A stretch of DNA of 64,000 bases from NCBI GenBank assembly GCA_031430835.1, contig JANPCH010000072.1:4866-68865 (forward strand). Reading direction: 5' to 3'. How positions within the stretch are numbered: the stretch's first letter is position 1; the number at the start of each line of letters is the position of its first letter. Below the pieces are notes generated by a model that was not told the DNA's origin, did not search any database, and saw only the letters and a program-made list of their open reading frames with translations. The DNA is from Gemmatimonadaceae bacterium (GTDB lineage Bacteria; Gemmatimonadota; Gemmatimonadetes; Gemmatimonadales; Gemmatimonadaceae). Positions 36,347 to 47,133 of the stretch are shown one piece after another. The translations under genes and the position numbers were made by a program.

Positions 36347-37180
36347 ATGGGTATCCGTCAATTCAAGCCGGTCACTGCGGCGACGCGTTTCCGCTCCGTT
36401 TCGGACAACGACGTCATCACGCGGTCGACTCCCGAGAAGTCGCTCACCGAGCCGCTCAAGAAGAGCGGCGGGCGCGACAACCACGGCCACATCTCGATGC
36501 GGCGCCTCGGCGGCGGCCACAAGCAGAAGTACCGCATCATCGACTTCAAGCGGAACAAGTTCGGCCAGGTGGCGACGGTCGAACACATCGAGTACGACCC
36601 GAACCGGTCGGCGCGCATCGCCCTTGTCGTCTATGCCGACGGGGAGAAGCGCTACATCCTGCACCCGAAGGGCCTCGCGGTGGGAGACACCATCGTGAGT
36701 GGCAAGGGGTCGGATGTGCGCACCGGCAACGCGATCCCGCTCCGCGAGGTGCCCTTGGGCACCGCGGTGCACAACGTCGAGCTCAAGCCCGGCAAGGGCG
36801 GCCAGATGGCGCGCTCGGCAGGGACGAGCGTGCAGGTGGTCGCGAAGGAAGGGGAGTACGTCACCTGCCGGATGGCCTCGACCGAGATGCGGCTGATCCA
36901 CGGCGACTGCCTTGCGACGGTAGGCGAGGTCGGGAACGCCGAGCACGAGTTGATCTCGTGGGGCAAGGCGGGGAAGACCCGCTGGCTCGGACGTCGTCCG
37001 AAGGTCCGTGGTGAAGTGATGAACCCGGTGGATCACCCGCATGGCGGCCGCACGCGCGGCGGCCGGAACGTGGTGAGCCCCTGGGGCAAGAAGGAGGGCG
37101 TGAAGACGCGCAACAAGAAGAAGGCGTCGCAGCGTCTGATCGTCCGTGGCCGGAAGCGCGGCAAGGCCACCCAGAGCTGA
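36347..37180 (+). CDS. rplB: 50S ribosomal protein L2
   Basis: [31 protein letters not shown]. Confidence 0.99.
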   Translation: MGIRQFKPVTAATRFRSVSDNDVITRSTPEKSLTEPLKKSGGRDNHGHISMRRLGGGHKQKYRIIDFKRNKFGQVATVEHIEYDPNRSARIALVVYADGEKRYILHPKGLAVGDTIVSGKGSDVRTGNAIPLREVPLGTAVHNVELKPGKGGQMARSAGTSVQVVAKEGEYVTCRMASTEMRLIHGDCLATVGEVGNAEHELISWGKAGKTRWLGRRPKVRGEVMNPVDHPHGGRTRGGRNVVSPWGKKEGVKTRNKKKASQRLIVRGRKRGKATQS

Positions 37181-37196
37181 CCTGAGGATCTGACCA

Positions 37197-37556
37197 ATGG
37201 GACGCAGCATCAAGAAGGGACCGTTCATCCAGGATGCCCTGCTCAAGCGGGTGCAGGCGATGAACGCGGCGAGCACGAAGAAGGTCGTCAAGACCTGGTC
37301 GCGCGCGAGCACGGTGATCCCCGAGTTCGTGGGGCACACGTTCGCGGTGCACAACGGGAACAAGTTCATCCCGGTGTACATCACGGAGAACATGGTCGGG
37401 CATAAGCTTGGCGAGTTCGCCCCGACGCGGCTCTTCCGTGGTCACAGCGGCAACAACAAGATCGACAAGAAGGCGGCCCCGAGCGGGCCGGGCGCCGGCG
37501 CAGCGGCAGCGGCTCCGGCTGCCGCAGCGGCACCTGCGACGAAGGGAGGGAAGTAA
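37197..37556 (+). CDS. rpsS: 30S ribosomal protein S19 with Ala-rich C-terminal tail
   Basis: [17 protein letters not shown]. Confidence 0.98.
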   Translation: MGRSIKKGPFIQDALLKRVQAMNAASTKKVVKTWSRASTVIPEFVGHTFAVHNGNKFIPVYITENMVGHKLGEFAPTRLFRGHSGNNKIDKKAAPSGPGAGAAAAAPAAAAAPATKGGK

Positions 37557-37559
37557 CCG

Positions 37560-37970
37560 ATGAGCCAGAAGAGCCGTGAACGAAAGGTGCGGCGGACCGC
37601 CGAGCGGCGCGCAGCGCCGCCGTCGGCGACCCAGCGCACGACGCGGCAGTCGCCATACAAGATGCGCCTCGTGATCGACCAGATACGCGGGATGCCGGTG
37701 AACGAGGCGCTCGCGATGCTGAAGTTCTCGAAGAAGCACGCGGCGGTGCAGATCGCCAAGGTGCTCAACTCGGCCGTGTCGAATGCGGAGCAGAAAGGTC
37801 GCACGGCTGGCGAGCCGGTGGACGTTGACGCGCTGTACGTGCGTCAGGCGACCGTGAACGAAGGACCGAAGCTCAAGCGGTGGACCCCGGCAGCGATGGG
37901 TCGGGCGACGCCGATGATCAAGCGAACCAGCCACGTCGAGATCGTCGTGGCAGCGAAGGAAGGGCGATAA
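37560..37970 (+). CDS. rplV: 50S ribosomal protein L22 with N-terminal extension
   Basis: [29 protein letters not shown]. Confidence 0.96.
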   Translation: MSQKSRERKVRRTAERRAAPPSATQRTTRQSPYKMRLVIDQIRGMPVNEALAMLKFSKKHAAVQIAKVLNSAVSNAEQKGRTAGEPVDVDALYVRQATVNEGPKLKRWTPAAMGRATPMIKRTSHVEIVVAAKEGR

Positions 37971-38629
37971 TGGGACAGAAGACTCATCCGATCGGATTCC
38001 GCCTCGGGATCTCCACCGACTGGCGTTCGAAGTGGTTCGCCAAGAAGGACTTCCCAGCGCTCATCAAGGAAGATGCGCTGCTGCGGAAGTACCTCAAGGC
38101 ACGCCTCGGCGGCGCCGCGATCGCGGACATCACCATCGAGCGGAAGCCGGGGAAGGTCGTCGTGACCATCCACACCGGCCGTCCGGGCGTCGTGATCGGC
38201 AAGAAGGGCCAGGCGGTGGAAGAGCTCAAGACCGAGCTCCAGCAGCTCACCGGCAAGGACGTGGGGGTGAATGTCGAGGAGATCAAGCGACCCGAGATCG
38301 AGTCGCAACTGGTCGCCGACAACATCGCCGCGCAGCTGGCCCAGCGGATCTCGTTCCGTCGCGCGATGAAGCGCGCGGTGCAGAGCGCGATGCGGATGGG
38401 CGCCGAGGGGATCAAGGTGAAGTGCTCGGGGCGTCTCGGCGGAGCCGAGATCGCGCGCGTCGAAGGCTATCACGAGGGGCGGGTACCGCTCCACACCCTC
38501 CGCGCCGACATCAACTATGCGACTTCGACCGCGAAGACCACCTTCGGCACCATCGGTGTGAAGGTCTGGATCTTCAAGGGCGAGATCGTCGAGGGGCGCC
38601 GTGGCAACACGTACTCCTCCGACGCTTAA
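37970..38629 (+). CDS. rpsC: 30S ribosomal protein S3
   Basis: [33 protein letters not shown]. Confidence 0.98.
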   Translation: MGQKTHPIGFRLGISTDWRSKWFAKKDFPALIKEDALLRKYLKARLGGAAIADITIERKPGKVVVTIHTGRPGVVIGKKGQAVEELKTELQQLTGKDVGVNVEEIKRPEIESQLVADNIAAQLAQRISFRRAMKRAVQSAMRMGAEGIKVKCSGRLGGAEIARVEGYHEGRVPLHTLRADINYATSTAKTTFGTIGVKVWIFKGEIVEGRRGNTYSSDA

Positions 38630-38642
38630 CGGGGACTGACCG

Positions 38643-39071
38643 ATGCTCGCACCGAAGCGCGTCAAGTTCCGCAAGATGTTCAAGGGCCGCACGACCGGTC
38701 TCGCCACCCGTGGCGCGACGGTGGCGTTCGGCCACTACGGCCTGCAGGCGACCGAGCCCGGTTGGGTGACGGCGCGGCAGATCGAGGCCTCGCGCGTGGC
38801 GCTGACCCGCCACATCAAGCGCGGTGGCAAGGTCTGGATCCGGATCTTCCCGGACAAGCCGGTGACGAAGAAGCCGGCCGAGACCCGTATGGGCAAGGGC
38901 AAGGGATCGCCGGAGCTGTGGGTCGCGGTGGTGAAGCCGGGCCGGGTGCTGTTCGAGATCGAGGGCGTCACGAAGGAGATCGCCCAGAAGGCGCTCGGGC
39001 TCGCTTCGGCGAAGCTCGGGGTGAGAACGAAGTTCGTCGCGCGCGAGGAGGCGCTGGGCCATGAAGGCTAA
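38643..39071 (+). CDS. rplP: 50S ribosomal protein L16
   Basis: [21 protein letters not shown]. Confidence 0.99.
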   Translation: MLAPKRVKFRKMFKGRTTGLATRGATVAFGHYGLQATEPGWVTARQIEASRVALTRHIKRGGKVWIRIFPDKPVTKKPAETRMGKGKGSPELWVAVVKPGRVLFEIEGVTKEIAQKALGLASAKLGVRTKFVAREEALGHEG

Positions 39072-39267
39072 GGAGATCCGGGAACTCGGTGCCGCCGACA
39101 TCAAGGCGCGGCTCGCCGAGTTGGAACGGGAACGCTTCAACCTGCGATTCCGCGGGGCGACCGAGACGCTGAGCAACCCGGTCCGGCTACGGACCATTCG
39201 CCGCGACATCGCGCGGCTTCAGACGGTGCTCGCCGAGCAGGCGCGCACGACGGAGGCCGCGCGCTAA
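39061..39267 (+). CDS. rpmC: 50S ribosomal protein L29
   Basis: [23 protein letters not shown]. Confidence 0.96.
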   Translation: MKAKEIRELGAADIKARLAELERERFNLRFRGATETLSNPVRLRTIRRDIARLQTVLAEQARTTEAAR

Positions 39268-39286
39268 CGCGCGCGAGGAGATACTG

Positions 39287-39568
39287 ATGGCAGAGACCGT
39301 GAATACCGCCGCCGCGAACCGCACTGCGCGCAAGACGCGTCAGGGGCTGGTCGTGAGCGACAAGATGGACAAGACCGTCGTGGTCGCGATCGAGCGTCGC
39401 GTGCCGCATCCCGTCTACGGGAAGATGGTGACGAAGACCAAGAAGCTGAAGGCGCACGATGAGGCCAACAGCGCGAAGGTCGGCGACACCGTCCGGATCG
39501 TCGAGACCCGCCCCTTGTCGAAGGACAAGCGGTGGCGGTTGCTCGAGATCGTCGAACGCGCACGGTAG
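39287..39568 (+). CDS. rpsQ: 30S ribosomal protein S17
   Basis: [23 protein letters not shown]. Confidence 0.98.
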   Translation: MAETVNTAAANRTARKTRQGLVVSDKMDKTVVVAIERRVPHPVYGKMVTKTKKLKAHDEANSAKVGDTVRIVETRPLSKDKRWRLLEIVERAR

Positions 39569-39580
39569 GGGAGCCGACCA

Positions 39581-39949
39581 ATGATCCAACAGGAATCCGT
39601 CGTGAAGGTCGCCGACAACTCGGGCGCCAAGAAGGCGCTCGTGATCCGCGTCCTTGGCGGCACGCGTCGCCGCTATGCCGGCCTTGGCGACAAGGTCGTG
39701 GTGGCGGTGAAGGACGCGCTGCCGAACGGCACCGTGAAGAAGTCCGACGTCGCGAAGGCGGTGGTGGTCCGCACCGTGAAGGAGACGCGCCGGAAGGACG
39801 GCAGCTACATCAAGTTCGACGAGAACGCCGTCGTCATCATCGACGACAAGGGCGAACCGAAGGCGACCCGTATCTTCGGACCGGTGGCGCGCGAGCTCCG
39901 CGAGAAGCGGTACATGAAGATCGTGTCGCTGGCCCCCGAGGTGCTCTGA
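39581..39949 (+). CDS. rplN: 50S ribosomal protein L14
   Basis: [27 protein letters not shown]. Confidence 0.99.
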   Translation: MIQQESVVKVADNSGAKKALVIRVLGGTRRRYAGLGDKVVVAVKDALPNGTVKKSDVAKAVVVRTVKETRRKDGSYIKFDENAVVIIDDKGEPKATRIFGPVARELREKRYMKIVSLAPEVL

Positions 39950-39950
39950 T

Positions 39951-40364
39951 ATGCGCATCCTGACACACCGGAAGACGCGCCGGAAGCGGAACATCCTGCG
40001 CCACCAGCGGAACGCCGAACGCACGCCGATGATGGTGACGCGTGGTGATACCGTGCGGGTGATGCGGGGCGAGGAGAAGGGGAAGGAGGGCAAGGTGATC
40101 CGCGTGCACCTGAAGACGAGCCGGGTGACGATCGAGGGGATCAACCTCGTGAAGAAGCACCGCCGGGCGCGGAAGGCCGACGAACAGTCGGGGATCATCG
40201 AGATGCCGGCCGCGATGGCGGTCTCGAACGTCATGCTGCTCGACCCGAAGTCGGGAAAGCCGACGCGGGTGCGGATGCGGCTCGACGAGGCGGAGAAGAA
40301 TGGCCGGAAGATCAAGGAGCGGGTGAGCGTGAAGAGCGGCGAAGCGATCCTCTATAGCCGCTGA
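39951..40364 (+). CDS. rplX: 50S ribosomal protein L24 with basic N-terminal extension
   Basis: [27 protein letters not shown]. Confidence 0.95.
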   Translation: MRILTHRKTRRKRNILRHQRNAERTPMMVTRGDTVRVMRGEEKGKEGKVIRVHLKTSRVTIEGINLVKKHRRARKADEQSGIIEMPAAMAVSNVMLLDPKSGKPTRVRMRLDEAEKNGRKIKERVSVKSGEAILYSR

Positions 40365-40378
40365 CCAGGGACCAAGAA

Positions 40379-41053
40379 ATGGCAACGACCAAAGCGCAGG
40401 GCACAACGAAGAAGGGCGGGGGTCAGGGCGACAAGCGCGCCTCGATGCTCCCCAAGGACCACAAGGGTGCGGGACTGCCGGTGCCGGCACCGCGACTCCA
40501 CAACTATTACAACAAGACGGTGCGGGAGCGGTTGGCCAAGCAGTTCGGCCTTGGCAACCCGCACGAGATCCCGACGCTCGAGAAGATCACGCTCAACGTG
40601 GGGATGGGGGAGGCGATCAAGCAGCCCAAGGTCCTCGACGCGATCGTCGATGAACTCGCGACGATCACCGGTCAGAAGCCGGTCCGGACACGGGCGAAGA
40701 AGTCGATCGCCAATTACGGGCAGCGTGAAGGGCAGGAGATCGGCGTGGCGGTGACGCTGCGCGGCGCGCGGATGTGGGAGTTCCTCGACCGGTTCATCTC
40801 GACGGCGATCCCACGGATCCGCGACTTCCGGGGACTCAACACCCGCGCCTTCGACGGCCGCGGGAACTACAGCCTCGGGATCAAGGAACAGATGATCTTC
40901 CCCGAGATCAATTACGATCTCGTGGAACAGATCCACGGCATGGACCTGACGTTCGTGACCACCACCAACCGCGACGATATGGCGTTCGCGCTCCTCCGGG
41001 AGCTCGGGATGCCATTCCGCGGCGACGATAAGCCGATCGTCGTCCAGGGCTGA
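40379..41053 (+). CDS. rplE: 50S ribosomal protein L5 with ~40-aa N-terminal extension
   Basis: LEKITLNVGMGE, IPRIRDFRG, FDGRGNYSLG. Confidence 0.98.
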   Translation: MATTKAQGTTKKGGGQGDKRASMLPKDHKGAGLPVPAPRLHNYYNKTVRERLAKQFGLGNPHEIPTLEKITLNVGMGEAIKQPKVLDAIVDELATITGQKPVRTRAKKSIANYGQREGQEIGVAVTLRGARMWEFLDRFISTAIPRIRDFRGLNTRAFDGRGNYSLGIKEQMIFPEINYDLVEQIHGMDLTFVTTTNRDDMAFALLRELGMPFRGDDKPIVVQG

Positions 41054-41068
41054 GGAGTCTTTTCAACT

Positions 41069-41374
41069 ATGGCAAAGAAGAGCACGATCGAGAAGAACGA
41101 GCGCCGGAAGCTGATGGCCGCGAAGGCGGCTCCGAAGCGAAAGGCACTGGCGGACATCGTCCGCAGCGTGAAGGCGAGCGACGAGGAGAAGCGGGCGGCG
41201 CAGGTCGCGCTGCAGAAACTCCCCCGGAACTCGGCCAAGATCCGCATCCGCAACCGGTGCCAGATGACCGGACGCAGCCGCGGATACGTGGCGACCTTCG
41301 GACTGAGCCGGATCGCGTTCCGCGAGATGGCGCTCCAGGGGCTGATCCCCGGTGTGAGAAAGGCGAGCTGGTAG
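41069..41374 (+). CDS. rpsN: 30S ribosomal protein S14, long zinc-independent form
   Basis: 101 aa; [17 protein letters not shown] (single Cys); GVRKASW. Confidence 0.97.
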   Translation: MAKKSTIEKNERRKLMAAKAAPKRKALADIVRSVKASDEEKRAAQVALQKLPRNSAKIRIRNRCQMTGRSRGYVATFGLSRIAFREMALQGLIPGVRKASW

Positions 41375-41509
41375 AACGGCAGGGGGAAGGTGGAAGGTGG
41401 AAGGGGCGCGCCGAGTACTGCCGGCGCGCCGGCGGGAGAGAGAGGGCTGCGTGACGATGGGGCGCCCGAACGGGCGCCCCCCTTCCTCCTTCCACCTTTC
41501 ACCTGCAGT
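41375..41509. repeat. Family A full-length element with 23-bp imperfect terminal inverted repeats
   Basis: Left AACGGCAGGGGGAAGGTGGAAGG; right CCTTCCACCTTTCACCTGCAGTT. Confidence 0.85.
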
Positions 41510-41579
41510 TAGAGAAGGATGCAGGTCCGCTGCACCGCGCCGCGGAAACCACATCCATCAACTGAGCAACGAGTTCGCT

Positions 41580-41978
41580 ATGTCAATGACCGACCCGATC
41601 GCCGACATGCTCACCCGGATCCGCAATGCGGTCGGGTCGAAGCATCGGCGCGTCGATATGCCGTCGTCGAAGATGAAGGTCGAGATCGCGCGCATCCTCA
41701 AGGAGACGAACTTCATCACCGACTTCCGCACACTCGAGAATGAGGAAGGGCGGAAGGTGCTCCGCGTGGCGCTCAAGTACGCCGGGGGCACGCCGGTGAT
41801 CCGGCAGCTTCGGCGCGTCTCCACGCCGGGCCTCCGGCAGTACGTCGGTGCCTCGGAGATCCCGCGCGTCCGCAACGGACTTGGCGTCGCGATCCTCAGC
41901 ACCTCGAAAGGGCTGATGACCGACCGTCAGGCGCGTGCGCAGCGCACCGGGGGCGAACTCCTCGCCCTCGTCTGGTAA
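41580..41978 (+). CDS. rpsH: 30S ribosomal protein S8
   Basis: MSMTDPIADMLTRIRN, STSKGLMTD. Confidence 0.98.
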   Translation: MSMTDPIADMLTRIRNAVGSKHRRVDMPSSKMKVEIARILKETNFITDFRTLENEEGRKVLRVALKYAGGTPVIRQLRRVSTPGLRQYVGASEIPRVRNGLGVAILSTSKGLMTDRQARAQRTGGELLALVW

Positions 41979-41988
41979 GGAGCCGCCA

Positions 41989-42528
41989 ATGTCACGGATC
42001 GGAAAGCTCCCTGTGAGCGTCCCAGCGGGGGTCACGGTGAAGGTCGACGGGAACACGGTGCACGTGAAGGGCCCCAAGGGGGAACTCTCGCGCACCCTGC
42101 ACCCGATGATGGCGGTGAAGCTCGATGGCGGTGCGATCATCGTCTCGCGTCCGTCGGATGAGACGCAGGCGAAATCGCTGCACGGTCTCTCGCGCACCCT
42201 CGTCGCGAACATGATCGAGGGATGCACGAAGGGGTACTCGAAGCAGCTCGAGATCAATGGCGTCGGCTACAAGGCCGAGCCAAAGCCGTTCGGCCTGCAG
42301 CTCGCGCTCGGGTTCTCGCACCAGGTGGTCTACAAGGCACCGGCGGGGATCAAGCTCACGGCGCCGCAGCCGACGCAGGTGTTGATCGAGGGCGCCGACA
42401 AGGAGAAGGTCGGGCAAGTGGCGGCGGAGATCCGCGCGCTCCGTCCCCCCGAGCCCTACAAGGGCAAGGGCATCAAGTACGCAGGCGAAGTCGTCCGGCG
42501 TAAAGCCGGCAAGGCAGGGGGTAAGTAA
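41989..42528 (+). CDS. rplF: 50S ribosomal protein L6
   Basis: [19 protein letters not shown]. Confidence 0.98.
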   Translation: MSRIGKLPVSVPAGVTVKVDGNTVHVKGPKGELSRTLHPMMAVKLDGGAIIVSRPSDETQAKSLHGLSRTLVANMIEGCTKGYSKQLEINGVGYKAEPKPFGLQLALGFSHQVVYKAPAGIKLTAPQPTQVLIEGADKEKVGQVAAEIRALRPPEPYKGKGIKYAGEVVRRKAGKAGGK

Positions 42529-42884
42529 TGCCGGGAAAGCGGATTCCGAAGACGCGCGCGGGGCTCCGTGCGCGCCGCCACGTGCGGGTCAGGGCGAAGG
42601 TCAATGGGACGGCGGAGAAGCCGCGCCTCGTGGTCTATCGTTCACTCAAACACATGTCGGCCCAGCTCGTGGACGATGTGCAGCGCCGGACGCTGCTCAC
42701 CGTGACCGACATCGGGCTGACGGGCAAGAAGACGGCGAAGTCCGTCGAGGTCGGGAAGCGCGTCGCCGAGAAGGCGAAGGCGGCAGGGATCACGAAGGTC
42801 GTGTTCGACCGAGGCGGTTATCAGTATCACGGCCGCGTGAAGGCGGTGGCCGAGGGCGCTCGCGAAGGCGGGCTGGAGTTCTAA
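42528..42884 (+). CDS. rplR: 50S ribosomal protein L18
   Basis: [29 protein letters not shown]. Confidence 0.98.
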   Translation: MPGKRIPKTRAGLRARRHVRVRAKVNGTAEKPRLVVYRSLKHMSAQLVDDVQRRTLLTVTDIGLTGKKTAKSVEVGKRVAEKAKAAGITKVVFDRGGYQYHGRVKAVAEGAREGGLEF

Positions 42885-43646
42885 ATGGCTGAGACAACGG
42901 GTGGGACTGGTGGTTCTTCGGCGCCGGGCGGTGGTGCGCGCCGTGGTGGTCCGGGTGTTGGTCGCGGTCGGGGCGCTCCGGGCGGTGGTGGCGGTCGCGG
43001 CGGCCCTGGTGGCGGTCGGGGCGGTCCTGGTGGCGGACGCGGTGGCCCGGGACAGGGTCGTGGCGCGCCGGGGGGCGGCGGTCGGGATGGACGCGGGCGC
43101 GATGGCGGCCGTGGCGGCCCACAGCAGGATCGCGAGGGGTCCGATCTCCTCGAGAACGTTATCGCGATCAACCGGGTGGCCAAGGTCGTGAAGGGTGGCC
43201 GTCGGTTCAGCTTCAATGCGCTCGTCGCCGTCGGCGACGGCAAGGGGCAGGTGGGCGTCGCGACGGGGAAGGCGAACGAAGTCTCGGAAGCGGTTCGCAA
43301 GGCCGTGGATGGGGCCCGCCGCAATATGGTCAGCATCCCGATGACCGGGGCGACCATCCCGCACGAGATCGTCGGCAAGCACGGGGCCGGTGAGGTCCTG
43401 ATGAAGCCGGCGGCGCCGGGCGCTGGCGTGATCGCCGGTGGCGCGGTGCGCGCGATCATGGAGTGCGCGGGGATCCACGACATCCTGACCAAGTCGCTGG
43501 GGTCCACGAATCCGCACAACATGGTGCTCGCCGCACTCGACGGGCTGCAGAGCCTGACGACGGTGGAGCAGATCGCTCGCGAGCGGGGCGTCGAGGTCTC
43601 GTCGCTCGGCTACCGGTCGCGGGCGAAGTCGAAGGAGGTCGTGTAA
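42885..43646 (+). CDS. rpsE: 30S ribosomal protein S5 with RGG-rich N-terminal extension
   Basis: [25 protein letters not shown]; GGGRGGP x3 at 42987-43049. Confidence 0.97.
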   Translation: MAETTGGTGGSSAPGGGARRGGPGVGRGRGAPGGGGGRGGPGGGRGGPGGGRGGPGQGRGAPGGGGRDGRGRDGGRGGPQQDREGSDLLENVIAINRVAKVVKGGRRFSFNALVAVGDGKGQVGVATGKANEVSEAVRKAVDGARRNMVSIPMTGATIPHEIVGKHGAGEVLMKPAAPGAGVIAGGAVRAIMECAGIHDILTKSLGSTNPHNMVLAALDGLQSLTTVEQIARERGVEVSSLGYRSRAKSKEVV

Positions 43647-43897
43647 TGCCGCGGACCTTCGTGTGGCATCCGGGCAAGGGCCCGAAGAAGACGGCGCCGA
43701 ACACCCTGACGAAGGGGAAGGTCCGGATCACGCAGGTGCGGTCCGGGATCGGCCACGACAAGCGGATGAATGCGACCCTCGATGCGCTCGGGCTCAAGCA
43801 TCATCAGGACTCGGTGGTGCAGGCGGACTCGCCGGCCCTCCGTGGGATGATCAAGCGCGTGCGTCACCTGATCGAAGTCACGCCGGTGAAGGAGTGA
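43646..43897 (+). CDS. rpmD: 50S ribosomal protein L30 with N-terminal extension
   Basis: VRITQVRSGIG, TLDALGL, GMIKRVRHL. Confidence 0.93.
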   Translation: MPRTFVWHPGKGPKKTAPNTLTKGKVRITQVRSGIGHDKRMNATLDALGLKHHQDSVVQADSPALRGMIKRVRHLIEVTPVKE

Positions 43898-43901
43898 ACG
43901 A

Positions 43902-44363
43902 ATGAGCGACGAACGGATCACACTCAACAACCTCGCCCCGGCCCCCGGGTCGCACCGGAACCGGAAGCGCCTCGGGCGCGGGCCGGGCTCGGGCACCGGC
44001 AAGACGTCGGGCAAGGGACATAAGGGCATCAAGGCGCGTTCGGGCCATCACGGCCCGGGTGGCAACAAGCCGCATTTCGAGGGTGGCCAGATGCCCCTCA
44101 CGCGGCGCGTGCCGAAGCGCGGATTCACGAATCCCTTCCGTGAGGATGCGCAGGTGGTCGGTCTCGCCGATCTCTCGCTCGTGGCGGGAGCGGAAGTCAC
44201 GCTGGAGACCCTCGTGGCGGCCGGGCTCGCCCGGACGTCGAAGGGCCCGGTGAAGCTCCTGGCCAATGGGGAGATCGACCGCGCGCTGACGGTGCGCGGG
44301 ATCAAGGTCAGCGCCGCCGCACGCGAGAAGATCGTGGCGGCCGGCGGCAAAGTCGAGGCATAA
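43902..44363 (+). CDS. rplO: 50S ribosomal protein L15
   Basis: RLGRGPGSGTGKTSGKGHKG, FEGGQMPL. Confidence 0.98.
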   Translation: MSDERITLNNLAPAPGSHRNRKRLGRGPGSGTGKTSGKGHKGIKARSGHHGPGGNKPHFEGGQMPLTRRVPKRGFTNPFREDAQVVGLADLSLVAGAEVTLETLVAAGLARTSKGPVKLLANGEIDRALTVRGIKVSAAAREKIVAAGGKVEA

Positions 44364-44364
44364 G

Positions 44365-45693
<1,329 letters not shown>

Positions 45694-45703
45694 GGCGCAC
45701 GGC

Positions 45704-46342
45704 GTGATCGTCGTGCTCCTCGGCCCTCCGGGCTCGGGCAAGGGAACCCAAGGCGAACGGATCGCGGCCAAGCTCGCGATCCCGAAGATCGCGACCGGCG
45801 ACGTGCTCCGCGATGCGGTGAAGGCGGGTTCGCGCCTCGGCCTCCAGGCGCAGAGCTACATGGATCGCGGCGACCTCGTGCCCGACTCGGTCATCCTCGG
45901 CATCATGAAAGAGGCGCTCGCGCAGCCTGCGCAGGCCAAGGGCGTGATCCTCGACGGCGTCGTCCGCACGGTGCCGCAAGCCGAGGGACTTGCGAAGGTC
46001 GCGCAGCAGCTTGACCGGCACGTCGATGCCGTGCTCGCCTTCGACATCGCCGACGAGGAGATCATCTCGCGGCTCTCGTCGCGCACGACGTGCGATACCT
46101 GCCAGACGCCGTTCACCGGCCTGGCGCCGGGTTCGCCCTGTCCGCGAAACGATGTCGGGAAGCTCGTGCGTCGCAAGGATGACGAGCCGGCGGCGATCAA
46201 GAACCGCCTCAAGGTCTATCGTGAGCAGACGGCGCCGGTGCTCTCGTGGTACGAGACGCAGGGCCTGAGTGTCGCCCATATCGACGCGCTGGGGACGATG
46301 GACGCCGTGACCACCCGGGCCATGGCCGCCCTCGGGCGGTGA
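45704..46342 (+). CDS. adk: Adenylate kinase
   Basis: GPPGSGKGTQ, TGDVLR, GDLVPD, RKDD. Confidence 0.97.
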   Translation: MIVVLLGPPGSGKGTQGERIAAKLAIPKIATGDVLRDAVKAGSRLGLQAQSYMDRGDLVPDSVILGIMKEALAQPAQAKGVILDGVVRTVPQAEGLAKVAQQLDRHVDAVLAFDIADEEIISRLSSRTTCDTCQTPFTGLAPGSPCPRNDVGKLVRRKDDEPAAIKNRLKVYREQTAPVLSWYETQGLSVAHIDALGTMDAVTTRAMAALGR

Positions 46343-47094
46343 TCCAGCTCAAGAGTCCCCGCGAGCTCGAGACGATGGCGGCGGGAGGGCGGATCCTCGC
46401 CGCGACCCACCAGCATGTGAAGCCGGCGATCGTACCCGGCACCACCACCCTGCAGATCGATGGGCTTGTCGAGAGCTTCATCCGGTCGCACGCCGGCGCA
46501 TCGCCCTCATTCAAGGGCCTCTACGGCTTCCCCGGCTCGGCCTGCATCTCGATCAACGAGGAGATCGTCCACGGCATCCCCTCGCCACGCCGCGTGCTGA
46601 AGGCGGGGGATATCGTCACCGTCGACATCGGCGTGCACTACGGCGGCTTCCATACCGACTCGGCGTGGACCTATCCGGTCGGCGCGGTCGCGCCCTTGAC
46701 GCAGCGCCTGCTCGACGTGACGCAGGCCTCGCTCTGGGAGGGGATCGGCGAGGCGAAGCTGGGGAACCACATCGGCGATATCGGGGCGGCAGTCGAAGCG
46801 GTCGTGGTGAAGGGACGGTTCAGTGTGGTGCGCGACCTCGTCGGCCACGGGGTCGGCGCGGCGATGCATGAGGATCCTCAGGTGCCGAATCACGGCAAGC
46901 CGAAGCGCGGGCCGAAGCTGCAGGTGGGGATGACGATCGCGATCGAGCCGATGGTGAATGCCGGTGGTGCAGCGACGCGTACGCTCGAAGACAAGTGGAC
47001 GATCGTGACGCTCGATGGGGCGCTGGCGGCGCACTTCGAACATACGGTGGCGATCACGGTCGATGGACCGAAGGTCCTGACGACGCTCGCGTGA
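46339..47094 (+). CDS. map: Methionine aminopeptidase type I (GTG start)
   Basis: SINEEIVHGIP, DSAWT, GHGVG, IAIEPM, AHFEHTV. Confidence 0.97.
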   Translation: MIQLKSPRELETMAAGGRILAATHQHVKPAIVPGTTTLQIDGLVESFIRSHAGASPSFKGLYGFPGSACISINEEIVHGIPSPRRVLKAGDIVTVDIGVHYGGFHTDSAWTYPVGAVAPLTQRLLDVTQASLWEGIGEAKLGNHIGDIGAAVEAVVVKGRFSVVRDLVGHGVGAAMHEDPQVPNHGKPKRGPKLQVGMTIAIEPMVNAGGAATRTLEDKWTIVTLDGALAAHFEHTVAITVDGPKVLTTLA

Positions 47095-47133
47095 TCGCGC
47101 GAGCGGGCGACTCGCGGTGCCGTTGACGCCGTC

